Under the pieces are notes generated by a model. That model was not told the DNA's origin. It searched no databases and saw nothing but the letters and a program-made list of their open reading frames with translations. From an uncultured Erysipelotrichaceae bacterium (GTDB taxonomy: Bacteria; Bacillota_I; Bacilli_A; RF39; UBA660), in assembly GCA_902780395.1 (NCBI GenBank), contig CACZFH010000008.1:20278-84277 (forward strand): a stretch of 64,000 nt of DNA. The letters are read 5' to 3'. The translations under genes were made by a program, and so were the position numbers. Positions 32,939 to 43,620 of this stretch are shown piece after piece; positions within the stretch are counted from its first letter, which is position 1; the number at the start of each line of letters is the position of its first letter.

Positions 32939-35173
32939 ATGAACTATAATTTTAATAAAGACTTATCAAATTTAGTAATAAGCAAAAAAAACAAAAGTGA
33001 GGCTTTCATCACCATTTTTATTAATTGTAAAAGAAAAACAAATCAACAAATAATGGATACCTTACTAGTATCATGCAATCAAACTTTTGAAAACATAGAA
33101 ATTTTACTATGCAATATTGGAAAACAAAAATTATCCGAAAAAATAGGTCTTGATAAGCGTATAAAAATAGTAAGTGAAGAAATTACTAATATGAATCAAG
33201 TAAAAAAACATATGTCTAAAACATCTCATTATTTTACCTGTATAGAAGCTGGAGAGTTGATAAATAAGACATACATTGAAACAAATCTACTATCTTTAGA
33301 ATTTAAAGAAGATTGTTTAATATCATTTACAGATTCAGTAAATTTAGAATTAAAAAAGACATATAATTATATCTTTGAAAACAAAGTGTTATCTAATACT
33401 AATATACCTGTTCCTAATTTATTTTTTCATAAAGATATTATTTCTCAAATAGAAGATGAAACAATAGATAATATTAGAACATGGAGTATAACTGCTAGTT
33501 TAATTAGTAACAACAAGACTATTCATCAATCATATTATGGATTTGCAACATCTAAAGATGTAGATTCCATACAAGAAGAGTATTTATCAATTGAAAGAGA
33601 TATTTTTTCCAGTGATATAGTAAGTTTCCCTTATGACAATTATTACTATGACATAATAAAATCTAATCTAAATAAGTTGAAGATAATTCCAAAGAAAAAA
33701 GAAAAGAAAAATATATTATTAATTATTCCTTGGATGGTAATAGGAGGAGCCGATAGTTTTAATCTGGATTTTGTTCGTTTAATTGACAAAAGCAAATATG
33801 AAGTAACAATAATTACTGATCATCCTAAAGAATATGTACTAAGACAAAAATTTGAAAAATATACCGAATCTGTTATGGAAATGGCAACTTTTTTAGATCG
33901 CAAGGATTGGCCAACATTTTTAGAATATATGATACTTACTAGAAATATTGATTTAGTATTAGTATCTAATTCCATCACTGGCTATAATATGATTCCTTAT
34001 CTAAAACTTAAATTTCCAAATATTCCAATCATGGATTATATCCATAGTGTAGAAATATATAACAGAAATGGTGGTTATGGAAGAGACAGTAATATGATGA
34101 AGTCATTAATTGATAGAACTCTATTCTGTAGTAAAAATGCTGAAAAGTCATATCACAATTTATTTGATACAAATGATACTGTTACTAAAACTATCTATAT
34201 TGGAGTAGATTCAGAAAAATTTAAGCCATCTGAAAAATTAATAAAACAAGCCAGACAAAAATATAATGTAGATAATACAATAAATATAGGTTATTTATGT
34301 AGAATGGATTATCCTAAAAGACCATTATTACTAGCTGAAATTATCAAAAAAGCAGTAGTAGATAATCCTCAAATAAAATTTATCATCGGAGGAGAAGGTA
34401 CTTTACTAAAAGAATTAAAGAATAAAATTGAAGAATATCATCTAGAAGAAAAAGTGTTATTCCTAGGAAATGTAACTAATCCACAAGAATTTTATTCTAT
34501 GTGTGATATGACTATAAATTGTTCTATAAAGGAAGGACTTGCCCTTACTACTTATGAATCTTTATCAATGGGAGTACCAATTGTCTCAGCCGATGTTGGA
34601 GGGCACAAAGAATTAATAGATGATAGTTGTGGAGTCATTGTTCCACTAATGCAAAAAGAAGAAGACATTAGAGAATTTGTATATCAAGAAGAAGAAATAG
34701 ATAATTACGTAGTCGCAATCAAAAAAATAATAAATGATCTAGACAATTACAAAAAGAATAGTAGAAAAAGAATTGAAAATCAGTTTACTTTAAATAAAAT
34801 GATTCATGAAATGGAAAATGAAATAGAAAGCTGTATTCAAGAAAATAGAAGATTGAGTAATTCTATTCAAATTAAAAATAATGAAAATATCGTATATGAA
34901 TATATCAATAATTATTTTATGGGTAGTCAATATGAGTATTGTACCTTAATTAATAGATATTATGATTTCTTCAATAGTTTAAAAGAAGCAAATGAAGAAA
35001 CAGAACAAACAGAGGAAATAAATACTCCACCAGTAAAATGGTATTATTGTCAGGAATACTTTTTAATAAAAGATTTAATTAAATCTATAGTAAAGATTAT
35101 TGTATTTCCACTAAGACTAATTTACATAGAAATGAAAAGAGCAAGAAAAATATTAGGAGGTAGACATGAATAA
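32939..35173 (+). CDS. GT4 glycosyltransferase with a degenerate N-terminal GT2-like domain
   Basis: PWMVIGGAD, EGLALTTYESLSMGVPIVSADVGG; N-terminal NQTFENIEILL but no DxD. Confidence 0.8.
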   Translation: MNYNFNKDLSNLVISKKNKSEAFITIFINCKRKTNQQIMDTLLVSCNQTFENIEILLCNIGKQKLSEKIGLDKRIKIVSEEITNMNQVKKHMSKTSHYFTCIEAGELINKTYIETNLLSLEFKEDCLISFTDSVNLELKKTYNYIFENKVLSNTNIPVPNLFFHKDIISQIEDETIDNIRTWSITASLISNNKTIHQSYYGFATSKDVDSIQEEYLSIERDIFSSDIVSFPYDNYYYDIIKSNLNKLKIIPKKKEKKNILLIIPWMVIGGADSFNLDFVRLIDKSKYEVTIITDHPKEYVLRQKFEKYTESVMEMATFLDRKDWPTFLEYMILTRNIDLVLVSNSITGYNMIPYLKLKFPNIPIMDYIHSVEIYNRNGGYGRDSNMMKSLIDRTLFCSKNAEKSYHNLFDTNDTVTKTIYIGVDSEKFKPSEKLIKQARQKYNVDNTINIGYLCRMDYPKRPLLLAEIIKKAVVDNPQIKFIIGGEGTLLKELKNKIEEYHLEEKVLFLGNVTNPQEFYSMCDMTINCSIKEGLALTTYESLSMGVPIVSADVGGHKELIDDSCGVIVPLMQKEEDIREFVYQEEEIDNYVVAIKKIINDLDNYKKNSRKRIENQFTLNKMIHEMENEIESCIQENRRLSNSIQIKNNENIVYEYINNYFMGSQYEYCTLINRYYDFFNSLKEANEETEQTEEINTPPVKWYYCQEYFLIKDLIKSIVKIIVFPLRLIYIEMKRARKILGGRHE

Positions 35174-36365
35174 TAATAAATATGGAATTGTATTATTTAA
35201 AAATACAGCCAATTTAGGAGATGATATTCAAGTATATGCTGCCTCTAGATTTTATCCTCAAATTGACTACATAATTGATAGAGAATCTATCTCAGAATTT
35301 GTTCCCAACCAAAAAGAAAAAGTCAAAGTGGTTATGAATGGTTGGTTCAATCATGATAAAACAGAGTTTTTAATATCACCATATATAGATCCTTTATATA
35401 TATCTATTCACTTCACTGAAAATGATTTATATTTAAGCCCCGGCTATTCTTTTTTAACAGATTATGCCAAAAAAGTAATGTCTAAATATAAAATAGGATG
35501 TCGTGATAATCATACATTGGAAGTATTAAAGAAACTAGGATACAAAGATGTCTATTTTAGTAGTTGTATGACCACAACCATTGATCCTATAGGAAATAAG
35601 AAAACAAAAGATTACATAGTAGCAGTAGATATGAACCCTAAGATAGTAGAGCATTTAAGAAAAATCACTAATAAAGAAGTTATCGAAACAACCCATTGGT
35701 TATTTTTAGAAGATAACATGACCTATGATGAACAAAGGAAAAAAAATGATGAGTTTGACAAAGCAAATTCTGAAAAAAGAGCAAAAATGATTCAAAAACA
35801 TGCCAACTTATCTTTTGAAAAGAGAATGCAATTAGTGGAAAAACAATTAAAACTATATCAAGAAGCATCTTTAGTAATTACAGATAGAATCCATGTAGGC
35901 CTTCCATGTTTAGGTTTACAAACCAATGTATTATTAATCTATTATGATTATAATAGTGATCGAATTGAAACTTTTAAAGAATTACTAGTCAATTGTACAG
36001 AAGAAGAATTTCTTCAAATGAAAGAAGAAGATTTACTTAAAATTAAAAATAAAAACACCTACAAAAAGTATCGTGAAAAGATTATAAAAGATACTCAAAA
36101 GTTTATTTCTGAAGAAACAAAAAATAATGAGAAACTACCAGATATTAATATTTTTAAGGATATAAATATTGGAAGAGAAAAATATCTTAAGAAACTATAT
36201 ACAGAAAGAATCGATGAGTTAAAAAAAGAAAATGAAAAATTAAAAAATAAAAATAAATTATTAGAAAAGGATTTATCTTTTTATAAAAAAATCAAATATT
36301 CGAAAAGTTGGAAAATAATCGGAAAAATGTATAAACTAAAAGCCAAAGACAAATCCAACCCGTGA
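35166..36365 (+). CDS. Polysaccharide pyruvyl transferase family protein
   Basis: NLGDDIQ, IGCRD, VITDRIHVGLPCL; coiled-coil tail. Confidence 0.82.
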   Translation: MNNNKYGIVLFKNTANLGDDIQVYAASRFYPQIDYIIDRESISEFVPNQKEKVKVVMNGWFNHDKTEFLISPYIDPLYISIHFTENDLYLSPGYSFLTDYAKKVMSKYKIGCRDNHTLEVLKKLGYKDVYFSSCMTTTIDPIGNKKTKDYIVAVDMNPKIVEHLRKITNKEVIETTHWLFLEDNMTYDEQRKKNDEFDKANSEKRAKMIQKHANLSFEKRMQLVEKQLKLYQEASLVITDRIHVGLPCLGLQTNVLLIYYDYNSDRIETFKELLVNCTEEEFLQMKEEDLLKIKNKNTYKKYREKIIKDTQKFISEETKNNEKLPDINIFKDINIGREKYLKKLYTERIDELKKENEKLKNKNKLLEKDLSFYKKIKYSKSWKIIGKMYKLKAKDKSNP

Positions 36366-36366
36366 A

Positions 36367-36396
36367 TTGACTATAAACGAAATACTATGTTATAAT
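36367..36396 (+). promoter_or_regulatory. Sigma-A promoter
   Basis: TTGACT-18bp-TATAAT with extended TG. Confidence 0.6.
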
Positions 36397-36429
36397 CTAC
36401 ATTGTAATATTGAACAGAGGGAGATAAAA

Positions 36430-37242
36430 ATGAAGAGTTTAAAAAGAATTTTTATTAACTTTAAACACTACTGGTATTTAATGACACAATTAATAACTAG
36501 AGATTTTAAAAGAAAGTATAAAAGAAGTGTTTTAGGAGTTGTTTGGAGTTTACTATATCCAATTTTAATGATGACAGTTATGGCTATTGTTTTCTCACAT
36601 ATGTTTAGATTTAAAGTAGAGGGAACAAATTATCTTGTCTACTTAATGACTGGTATTATTATGTGGCAATATTTTGCTGAAGCTAGTAATAGTGCTATGA
36701 CATCTGTTGTAGAGAATTTTGCTTTAATTAGTAAAGTGTATATTCCAAAATATATATTTCCTGTTGCTAAGTGTTTATTTGTAGGAATAAACTTCTTATT
36801 AACTCTTATTCCATGGATAGGTTTAATCTTATTAACTCAAATTGGCGTAGGAAAATATCCAGCTAGTATTAATATCTATTATTTAATAATTCCGTATATA
36901 CTAGTATGTTTCTTTATGTTTACTATTGGAGTAGGATTATTCTTATCATGTGTTTCAGTCTTTTTAAGAGATGTATTTTACATTTATGGAATAGTACTTA
37001 CAATTTGGAATTATTTCACTCCTGTTTTTTATAGTATTCAAATATTACCAGAATCACTTCAAAAGGTATTTGGTTTTAATCCTATGTACCAATATATAAC
37101 AAGTATCAGAAATATAGTTTTATATGGACAATGTCCTTCTATATCTTCTCTACTAATATTAGGATTAATCAGTTTAGTAACTTTATTATTTGGTTCTATT
37201 GTGTTTAAAAAGAATCAAGACAAATTTATATACTACATATAG
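36430..37242 (+). CDS. wzm: ABC-2 polysaccharide exporter permease
   Basis: RDFKRKYKRSVLGVVWSLL, LISKVYIP, YFTPVFY, FNPM. Confidence 0.9.
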   Translation: MKSLKRIFINFKHYWYLMTQLITRDFKRKYKRSVLGVVWSLLYPILMMTVMAIVFSHMFRFKVEGTNYLVYLMTGIIMWQYFAEASNSAMTSVVENFALISKVYIPKYIFPVAKCLFVGINFLLTLIPWIGLILLTQIGVGKYPASINIYYLIIPYILVCFFMFTIGVGLFLSCVSVFLRDVFYIYGIVLTIWNYFTPVFYSIQILPESLQKVFGFNPMYQYITSIRNIVLYGQCPSISSLLILGLISLVTLLFGSIVFKKNQDKFIYYI

Positions 37243-37252
37243 GAGATTAAAT

Positions 37253-38035
37253 ATGATTAATATAGAAAATGTATCAATGAGATTTAATTTAGGTATTGAA
37301 AAGAGTTTCACTATAAAGCAAGGCTTTGTGAACTTATTTGATCCTAAAATTAGAAAAAAGAATAAAGAATTAAAGAAAAAGAATTCTTTTTGGGCCTTAA
37401 AAGATATTTCTTTTCATATTGATAAAGGAGAAGTAGTAGGACTAATTGGAAGTAATGGTGCGGGAAAAAGTACTTTATTAAAAGTAGTAAGTGGAGTCAT
37501 GAAACCAACCAAAGGAAAAGTAGAAGTAAACGGTGTAATATCGCCTATGATAGAATTAGGAGCAGGTTTTGATGATGAATTAACTGCCCGAGAAAATATT
37601 TTCTTAAATGGTTCTATTTTAGGATATCAAAAAGACTTTCTAGAAGAGAAATTCGATGAAATTGTAGAGTTCTCAGAACTAAAAGATTTCTTAGATGTTC
37701 CAGTAAAAAACTTTTCTTCTGGTATGGTTGCTAAACTAGCTTTTTCAATTGCTACTATAGTTGATCCAGAAATACTAATTGTAGATGAGATATTATCAGT
37801 AGGAGATATAAAATTTCAAGAGAAAAGTAAAAATAAAATGTTAGAACTAATAAGAGGAGGAACAACTGTTTTATATGTTTCTCACTCTATAGCATCTATT
37901 AGAGAACTTTGCACAAAGGTAGTATGGATAGAACATGGTGAAATAGTAGAAATAGGTGACCCCGAAGAAATATGTAATAAATACTATAAGAAACAATTAG
38001 GAAAAGAATACAAAAAAGAAAAAGACATTGCATAA
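37253..38035 (+). CDS. wzt: ABC polysaccharide exporter ATPase (no C-terminal carbohydrate-binding domain)
   Basis: FWALKDISF, GSNGAGKSTLLK, FSSGM, VDEILSVGD, VSH. Confidence 0.92.
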   Translation: MINIENVSMRFNLGIEKSFTIKQGFVNLFDPKIRKKNKELKKKNSFWALKDISFHIDKGEVVGLIGSNGAGKSTLLKVVSGVMKPTKGKVEVNGVISPMIELGAGFDDELTARENIFLNGSILGYQKDFLEEKFDEIVEFSELKDFLDVPVKNFSSGMVAKLAFSIATIVDPEILIVDEILSVGDIKFQEKSKNKMLELIRGGTTVLYVSHSIASIRELCTKVVWIEHGEIVEIGDPEEICNKYYKKQLGKEYKKEKDIA

Positions 38036-38045
38036 TGTCTTTTTT
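38020..38045. terminator. Bidirectional terminator
   Basis: aaaagacatt-gcat-aatgtctttt between convergent genes. Confidence 0.7.
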
Positions 38046-39612
38046 AAATTAAAAACTGATTAACTGCATAGAACAAAGTAATTAAATGTATAAATAACAT
38101 TAAGTAAATAAAATAATCTTTTTTTACCAAAGGATTAAATCTTCTAGGTTGAATAATAAAAGGAAGTAAAAATATAACAGGAATAAAATATCTTCCTTGA
38201 ATACCCATGATTAATCGATTACCAACTGCAAAGTATTGAGCAGTACATTGAACATAAATAGCTGTACCGATAAGGCCTATAATTACAATAGAAATGAAAG
38301 ATAAAAGGATTATTTGAAATAGGGAATAATTCCATTTTTTATTTTCAAATTTACTTGATAATAAAACGAGTATTACATATGCTATAGAAATAATAGATGG
38401 AATAGCTAGTTGAGAATGATACATAGTTGTACCAACAAATAAACATTCAACATAGGTAGTAAAATTGTTAAACATAGTTCTAATAAAAATAATAGCATAT
38501 TCAATGATATGGTGAAGAATAAATTCCTTTTGATATTGAGTTTGATCATATGTAATTGCAAAAATTCCACCTGTAGATTTCATCCATAATAAACTTACAC
38601 AACAAGATATGATAAAGGTAATAACTATAAACAGATATTTTTCTTTTTTACCATCTTGAAATTTATCTTTAGAAAGAAGAAATAATGAAAGAATAATTGG
38701 AAGATAAACAATCTTACATAATGCTATAACAAAAGATAAAATAAATAATAATAATTCTTCTTTTCTAGTAATTTTCTCAGTTCTAAAAATAATATTAAAT
38801 AATAAAGCAATTATTAATAAAAATATTCCATTAGTAAAAGCATCAGCAGATAAAGTAGAAGCACATTGAATCATATTAGGAGATAATAAAATTAATAAAT
38901 AATACATTTTTCCTTTTGGTATTATTTTTAAAGCCAAATAACCTAGCAAAATATAAAATAATAAATTAAATACTCTTCCCAGCATTCCTATGAAAAGAGG
39001 GTTAAAGTTTAATATTTTTCCAATTATAAAACCAATTGCTTGTGGAAAATAAGTAATAGGGGAATATAAAGCAGTATTATCATAAATACTAACAGGAGAA
39101 TCTCCATAAATAACTTTATTTTTCTTCTTTAAGGGAATCTTGTACATCTTTTTAATATCTTTATATTTAATAGTAGTATTTTTACCTGATGCAATATCAT
39201 ATGTTTTTTGTAAAGATTTAGGCATTTTACTACCAACATATTTTCCTGTAGGTGTTAAAAAATTTCCCTCTGTTATTTCATAGATTCGGTAGTAATGATT
39301 TTGCTCATCACTCCCAGTAAAAAGAGGTGAAACCCCTAAAAATAAAAATCCAAGAACTAAACCCAAAACAACAAATAACTTTGGAATATTATCATAGTAT
39401 TTTTTAGAATATTTTAAAAGCAAAACAATGAATATTGAAAGAATTATACAAATAATAAAATAAACAAAATAGTTTTTTCTTCCAGTAATATTTAAATCTA
39501 TCATCTTATAATGTAAATCAAAAATATTAATTAGAAAGAAAACTAATCCTACAATAATAGTAATAAATAAAAAATAATTTTTCTGAATCATCTTTTTAAA
39601 ATTATAAAACAT
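38044..39612 (-). CDS. DUF2142-like polytopic membrane protein (probable GT-C glycosyltransferase)
   Basis: P..GSDEQNHYYR, YSPITYFPQAIG, SADA, GIQGRYFIP; many TM helices. Confidence 0.75.
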   Translation of the reverse strand: MFYNFKKMIQKNYFLFITIIVGLVFFLINIFDLHYKMIDLNITGRKNYFVYFIICIILSIFIVLLLKYSKKYYDNIPKLFVVLGLVLGFLFLGVSPLFTGSDEQNHYYRIYEITEGNFLTPTGKYVGSKMPKSLQKTYDIASGKNTTIKYKDIKKMYKIPLKKKNKVIYGDSPVSIYDNTALYSPITYFPQAIGFIIGKILNFNPLFIGMLGRVFNLLFYILLGYLALKIIPKGKMYYLLILLSPNMIQCASTLSADAFTNGIFLLIIALLFNIIFRTEKITRKEELLLFILSFVIALCKIVYLPIILSLFLLSKDKFQDGKKEKYLFIVITFIISCCVSLLWMKSTGGIFAITYDQTQYQKEFILHHIIEYAIIFIRTMFNNFTTYVECLFVGTTMYHSQLAIPSIISIAYVILVLLSSKFENKKWNYSLFQIILLSFISIVIIGLIGTAIYVQCTAQYFAVGNRLIMGIQGRYFIPVIFLLPFIIQPRRFNPLVKKDYFIYLMLFIHLITLFYAVNQFLI

Positions 39613-39742
39613 AAAACCTCCTAATAAACATCTAATAAAATTATACTATATAATTAAAAAAAACGCATTATATCAACAAAAAACACTATAAAATTTGATT
39701 AAACAACTTTTACTTGTTATAATTATTTTAGGAGCTGATAGA

Positions 39743-41551
39743 ATGAAAAAGTATATACATTACTGTTGGTTTGGAGATAAGCCACTTCCCAAGCTAGCTA
39801 AGAAATGTATAGATAGTTGGAAAAAATATCTTCCCGACTATGAAATCATAAAGTGGAGTGAAGAAAACGTTGATTTAAATGAATGCCCTTTTATTAAAGA
39901 AGCCTATGCCAATAAAAAATGGGCTTTTGTAGCAGATTATACAAGAACAAAAGCTTTAAATGAAATGGGTGGAATCTATTTTGATACGGATATGGAAGTA
40001 ACCAAAAATGTAGATGACCTTCTAGCTAAAGGATCATTTTTAGGTGTAGAAGATACTGGAAATGTTAATTCAGCAGTATGGTATGAAAAAGAACCAAATG
40101 GTTTTTTAAGCACAGAACTATTAAAAAAATATAGAAGTTTTAAAGGTTTTGATCCAGAAAATGCTTCTAATATTAGTATTCCTTTATTAATTACTGAAAT
40201 ACTAAATGAATTAGGTTTTGATAAAACAAAAAAAGAAATTCAAAAATTACCACATGATATTTATGTATATCCAAGAGATTATTTTTATCCATATTCTTTT
40301 AATTGGGATAATAATATTTTCACAGATAATACCTGCATGATTCATTATTTTGATGCTAGTTGGATTCCTTTAAAAGATCGTATTGAAATCAATATGGTTA
40401 GGAAAATAGGCAGAAATAAGACTTTTAAAATTCTCCATTATTATCGAAAAACTAAAGACTATGCTAGAAAAACAGCAAAAGTTTTACTATTCCCAGTAGT
40501 AATCTTAAGAGATAGAAAAAGAAAAAAAGCAAGAATTACCGAAGAGTATTTAAATAGAATTAGTAACACGATAACAGAAATCAAGAAATATAAAAATAAA
40601 GAGTATATTGCTATCCATAATGGTGAATGGATGGGTGTTACTAGTGCTACTAAAGAATTATTTGATAATACTGTAGATTGTCGAGAGCTTTATCGAAAAG
40701 AAGATATCAAAAGTATTGGTGATGCCATAATTGATAGTAATATAAAACAAGTTATTTTCAGTGCTATGAGTATCGGAGATAAAGATTTAGCAATCTATTT
40801 AAAGAAAAAAAATAAAGATATCAAAATTAAGTCTTTTTGGCATGGAAGTCATTCTCAAATTCATGATTATTATGGTTGGGCTAGAAATGTAGAAATCATA
40901 AATCTTCATAGAAAAGGAATTATCGATGTAATGGGAACTTGTAAAAAAAGTTTGATGAACTTTTATGAAAACGAAGGTTTTAAAGCTCACTTTTTAACCA
41001 ATAAAGTAACAACTCCTATAAAACCTGAAAAGAAAGATAAAAACAATAAAGAAATTGTAATTGGCTTATATGCTGCCAAATGTGATGATTGGAGAAAGAA
41101 TATGTACTGCCAGATGGCTGCTGTTTCTCTAATTGATAACGCAGTAGTGGATATGGTTCCTTTAAATGATTCAGCCATAGAATTTGCTAAAACAATAGGT
41201 TTAAAAATTCAAGGAGAAAAAAAATCACTTTCTAGAGAAAAATTATTAAAAAGAATATCCAAAAATGATATTAATTTATATGTTACTTATTCAGAATGTG
41301 CTCCAATGTTGCCACTTGAAAGTTTTGAAATGGGAGTTCCCTGTATACTAGGAAATAATTGTCATTATTTTATGAATAGTGAGCTAGAAAAATATATCGT
41401 TGTCAACAACGAAGAAAGTCCAGAAAAAATAAAAGAAACAATTCTAAACTGCCTTAACAACAAAGAAAAAGTTTTAAAAATGTATGATAGTTTTCAAAAA
41501 GATAATTTGAAACAAGCCAAAAAAGCAGTAGATGAGTTTATAAAATTATAA
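39743..41551 (+). CDS. Bifunctional glycosyltransferase: GT32-like (DxD) domain plus GT-B domain
   Basis: IHYCWFG, AFVADY, GGIYFDTD; C-terminal SECAPMLPLES..GVP (Ex7E); start ATG 39743. Confidence 0.82.
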   Translation: MKKYIHYCWFGDKPLPKLAKKCIDSWKKYLPDYEIIKWSEENVDLNECPFIKEAYANKKWAFVADYTRTKALNEMGGIYFDTDMEVTKNVDDLLAKGSFLGVEDTGNVNSAVWYEKEPNGFLSTELLKKYRSFKGFDPENASNISIPLLITEILNELGFDKTKKEIQKLPHDIYVYPRDYFYPYSFNWDNNIFTDNTCMIHYFDASWIPLKDRIEINMVRKIGRNKTFKILHYYRKTKDYARKTAKVLLFPVVILRDRKRKKARITEEYLNRISNTITEIKKYKNKEYIAIHNGEWMGVTSATKELFDNTVDCRELYRKEDIKSIGDAIIDSNIKQVIFSAMSIGDKDLAIYLKKKNKDIKIKSFWHGSHSQIHDYYGWARNVEIINLHRKGIIDVMGTCKKSLMNFYENEGFKAHFLTNKVTTPIKPEKKDKNNKEIVIGLYAAKCDDWRKNMYCQMAAVSLIDNAVVDMVPLNDSAIEFAKTIGLKIQGEKKSLSREKLLKRISKNDINLYVTYSECAPMLPLESFEMGVPCILGNNCHYFMNSELEKYIVVNNEESPEKIKETILNCLNNKEKVLKMYDSFQKDNLKQAKKAVDEFIKL

Positions 41552-41561
41552 GGTGATAAAT

Positions 41562-43571
41562 ATGTTAGAAAAAGATTTAGATATTATATATAACAAAGAG
41601 TACCTGGTAATTGTACCTAAAATGACAGAACATTTATTGGATGCTTTTCAATATTCTTTTGGTAACGTAATATTAATGAATAATTCCGTTGAAGAAATAA
41701 GGAATGTGACAGAATTTATTAATAAAAATAATTTTAAACAATTAATATTAGTAGATTACCAATTAGAATATGAAGAAGTAATTAATAACTTAATAAGACA
41801 ACATGATATCAAAATAATATTTACAAAATCATTAGGTTCATTATGTGAGGAATTTAGTACTTATGTTTTCAATAGTATACATAGTTTATATGAAAATGGT
41901 ATTGCTAGTAAAATAGGATTTCTAGACAAAAATTTTTATGAAACCCTAAAACATAAAGGTGAGAATGTAGAGTTTATTCAATTAGACATAGAAAAAGTTG
42001 TCGAAGAGGAAGAATATGATGAAAGCAGAGTAGGTCTTTTAAATAATTCAGGTAATAGTAAGCATAGTTTTTATAATGAATTAAGTGGAATAAAATTATC
42101 TAATAAATATTCTGCTAAACTATATAATCCAGATAAAACTACCAAAAAATTTCTGAAATTATTTAATATTAATCACACTATTACAAGTAAAGAAGAATTA
42201 TATAAAAATAATCTAGTAAACTTATATGTTAATTTTACAGATAATAATAATTTAGAATTCATAAAAAGTATGGATTATGGAGTTCCATGTATATTAGGAA
42301 ATAATCAGCTTTTGAATAATGAAAAAACACTACAAGAATTATTAGTAATGAAAAGTGATGATGATATAGATGAAATATCAAGTAGAATTTCCCTTGTAGC
42401 TAAGAATAGAAAAAAGATTATTGATGAATATAAAAAGTTTAGAGAAAAATATACCAAAGAATCAAAAGAAAGTATAAAAAAATTTATAGGTATAAATGTC
42501 AAAAAAGAAGCAAAAGAAGATGATGAATTACTACTAACAGTTGTAGTGCCAGCTTGGAATGTAGAAAAATATATTGCTAATACACTAGATTCCATTCTTG
42601 CAGCATCAATCGATAGTATGGAGATATTAATCATTAATGATGGATCAACAGATGAAACAGAAAAAGAAATTAAACCATACTTAAAAAAATATCCAGAATT
42701 AATAAGATATATTTCCCAAGATAATCATGGATTAGGAAATGTTAGAAATGTGGGGTTAAAAGAAGCAAGAGGAAAATATATAGCCTCAATTGATTCAGAT
42801 GATACAATTAATATTGACTTTTTTAAAGATGCCGAAGAATATCTACAAAAAGATATAGACATTGTTATGTATGATTGGCTAACAGTTACCAATACTGATA
42901 GTTATGAAACATCAGCTAGCGATTGGATCTTTAATAATAATCAGTGGAGTAGATATGAAGCATTACTTTATACAACAATAATGCCATCGGCATGTAACAA
43001 AATCATTAAAAAGAAGTTATATAAAGAATTAGATATTAATTATATTGAAGATAAATTTGAAGATCTAAGTACTACTCCTTTTATCATGTTAAAAGCAGAG
43101 ACTATTAAATACTATAATAAACAATACTATGAATATTATATTAGAAGTAATTCTTTAATGAGAACATCAGCTGGTTATAGCATGATTGATGTAATCAAAT
43201 TAGTTAATGAAAGATTAGAAAAGTACAAAGAATACCTAAAGGTAGATATAGATGATTTCAAGTATTATACTTATTCCTGGAGAATAGAAGAATATGTTTT
43301 GAATCAATTATATACAATAGATGAAAAAGAAATTAATACTTTTCTGAAATATATAATGGATAATTTAAAAGATGTTATTATAGATATCTTTAATAATAAG
43401 AGATATAAAGAATTATTGTCTAATCTTTCAGAAAAACATAAAACATATATTGAAGAGCGAAATAAAGCCTTTTTAAATAATGAATTAGAAAAATTTATTA
43501 TTAAAGCAAGAAAAAAAGATGATTACTTTAAGTTAACTCCACCAATTATTTATTATGGTGAAAATCAATAA
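41562..43571 (+). CDS. Degenerate GT-B domain fused to a GT2 glycosyltransferase
   Basis: N-terminal half resembles the C-terminal half of the upstream gene; C-terminal VVPAWNVE, INDGSTD, SIDSDD, FED. Confidence 0.82.
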   Translation: MLEKDLDIIYNKEYLVIVPKMTEHLLDAFQYSFGNVILMNNSVEEIRNVTEFINKNNFKQLILVDYQLEYEEVINNLIRQHDIKIIFTKSLGSLCEEFSTYVFNSIHSLYENGIASKIGFLDKNFYETLKHKGENVEFIQLDIEKVVEEEEYDESRVGLLNNSGNSKHSFYNELSGIKLSNKYSAKLYNPDKTTKKFLKLFNINHTITSKEELYKNNLVNLYVNFTDNNNLEFIKSMDYGVPCILGNNQLLNNEKTLQELLVMKSDDDIDEISSRISLVAKNRKKIIDEYKKFREKYTKESKESIKKFIGINVKKEAKEDDELLLTVVVPAWNVEKYIANTLDSILAASIDSMEILIINDGSTDETEKEIKPYLKKYPELIRYISQDNHGLGNVRNVGLKEARGKYIASIDSDDTINIDFFKDAEEYLQKDIDIVMYDWLTVTNTDSYETSASDWIFNNNQWSRYEALLYTTIMPSACNKIIKKKLYKELDINYIEDKFEDLSTTPFIMLKAETIKYYNKQYYEYYIRSNSLMRTSAGYSMIDVIKLVNERLEKYKEYLKVDIDDFKYYTYSWRIEEYVLNQLYTIDEKEINTFLKYIMDNLKDVIIDIFNNKRYKELLSNLSEKHKTYIEERNKAFLNNELEKFIIKARKKDDYFKLTPPIIYYGENQ

Positions 43572-43620
43572 TAAAAAGAATAAAAAGATTATATCCTATA
43601 ATAATAAGTAGGTGAAGAAA

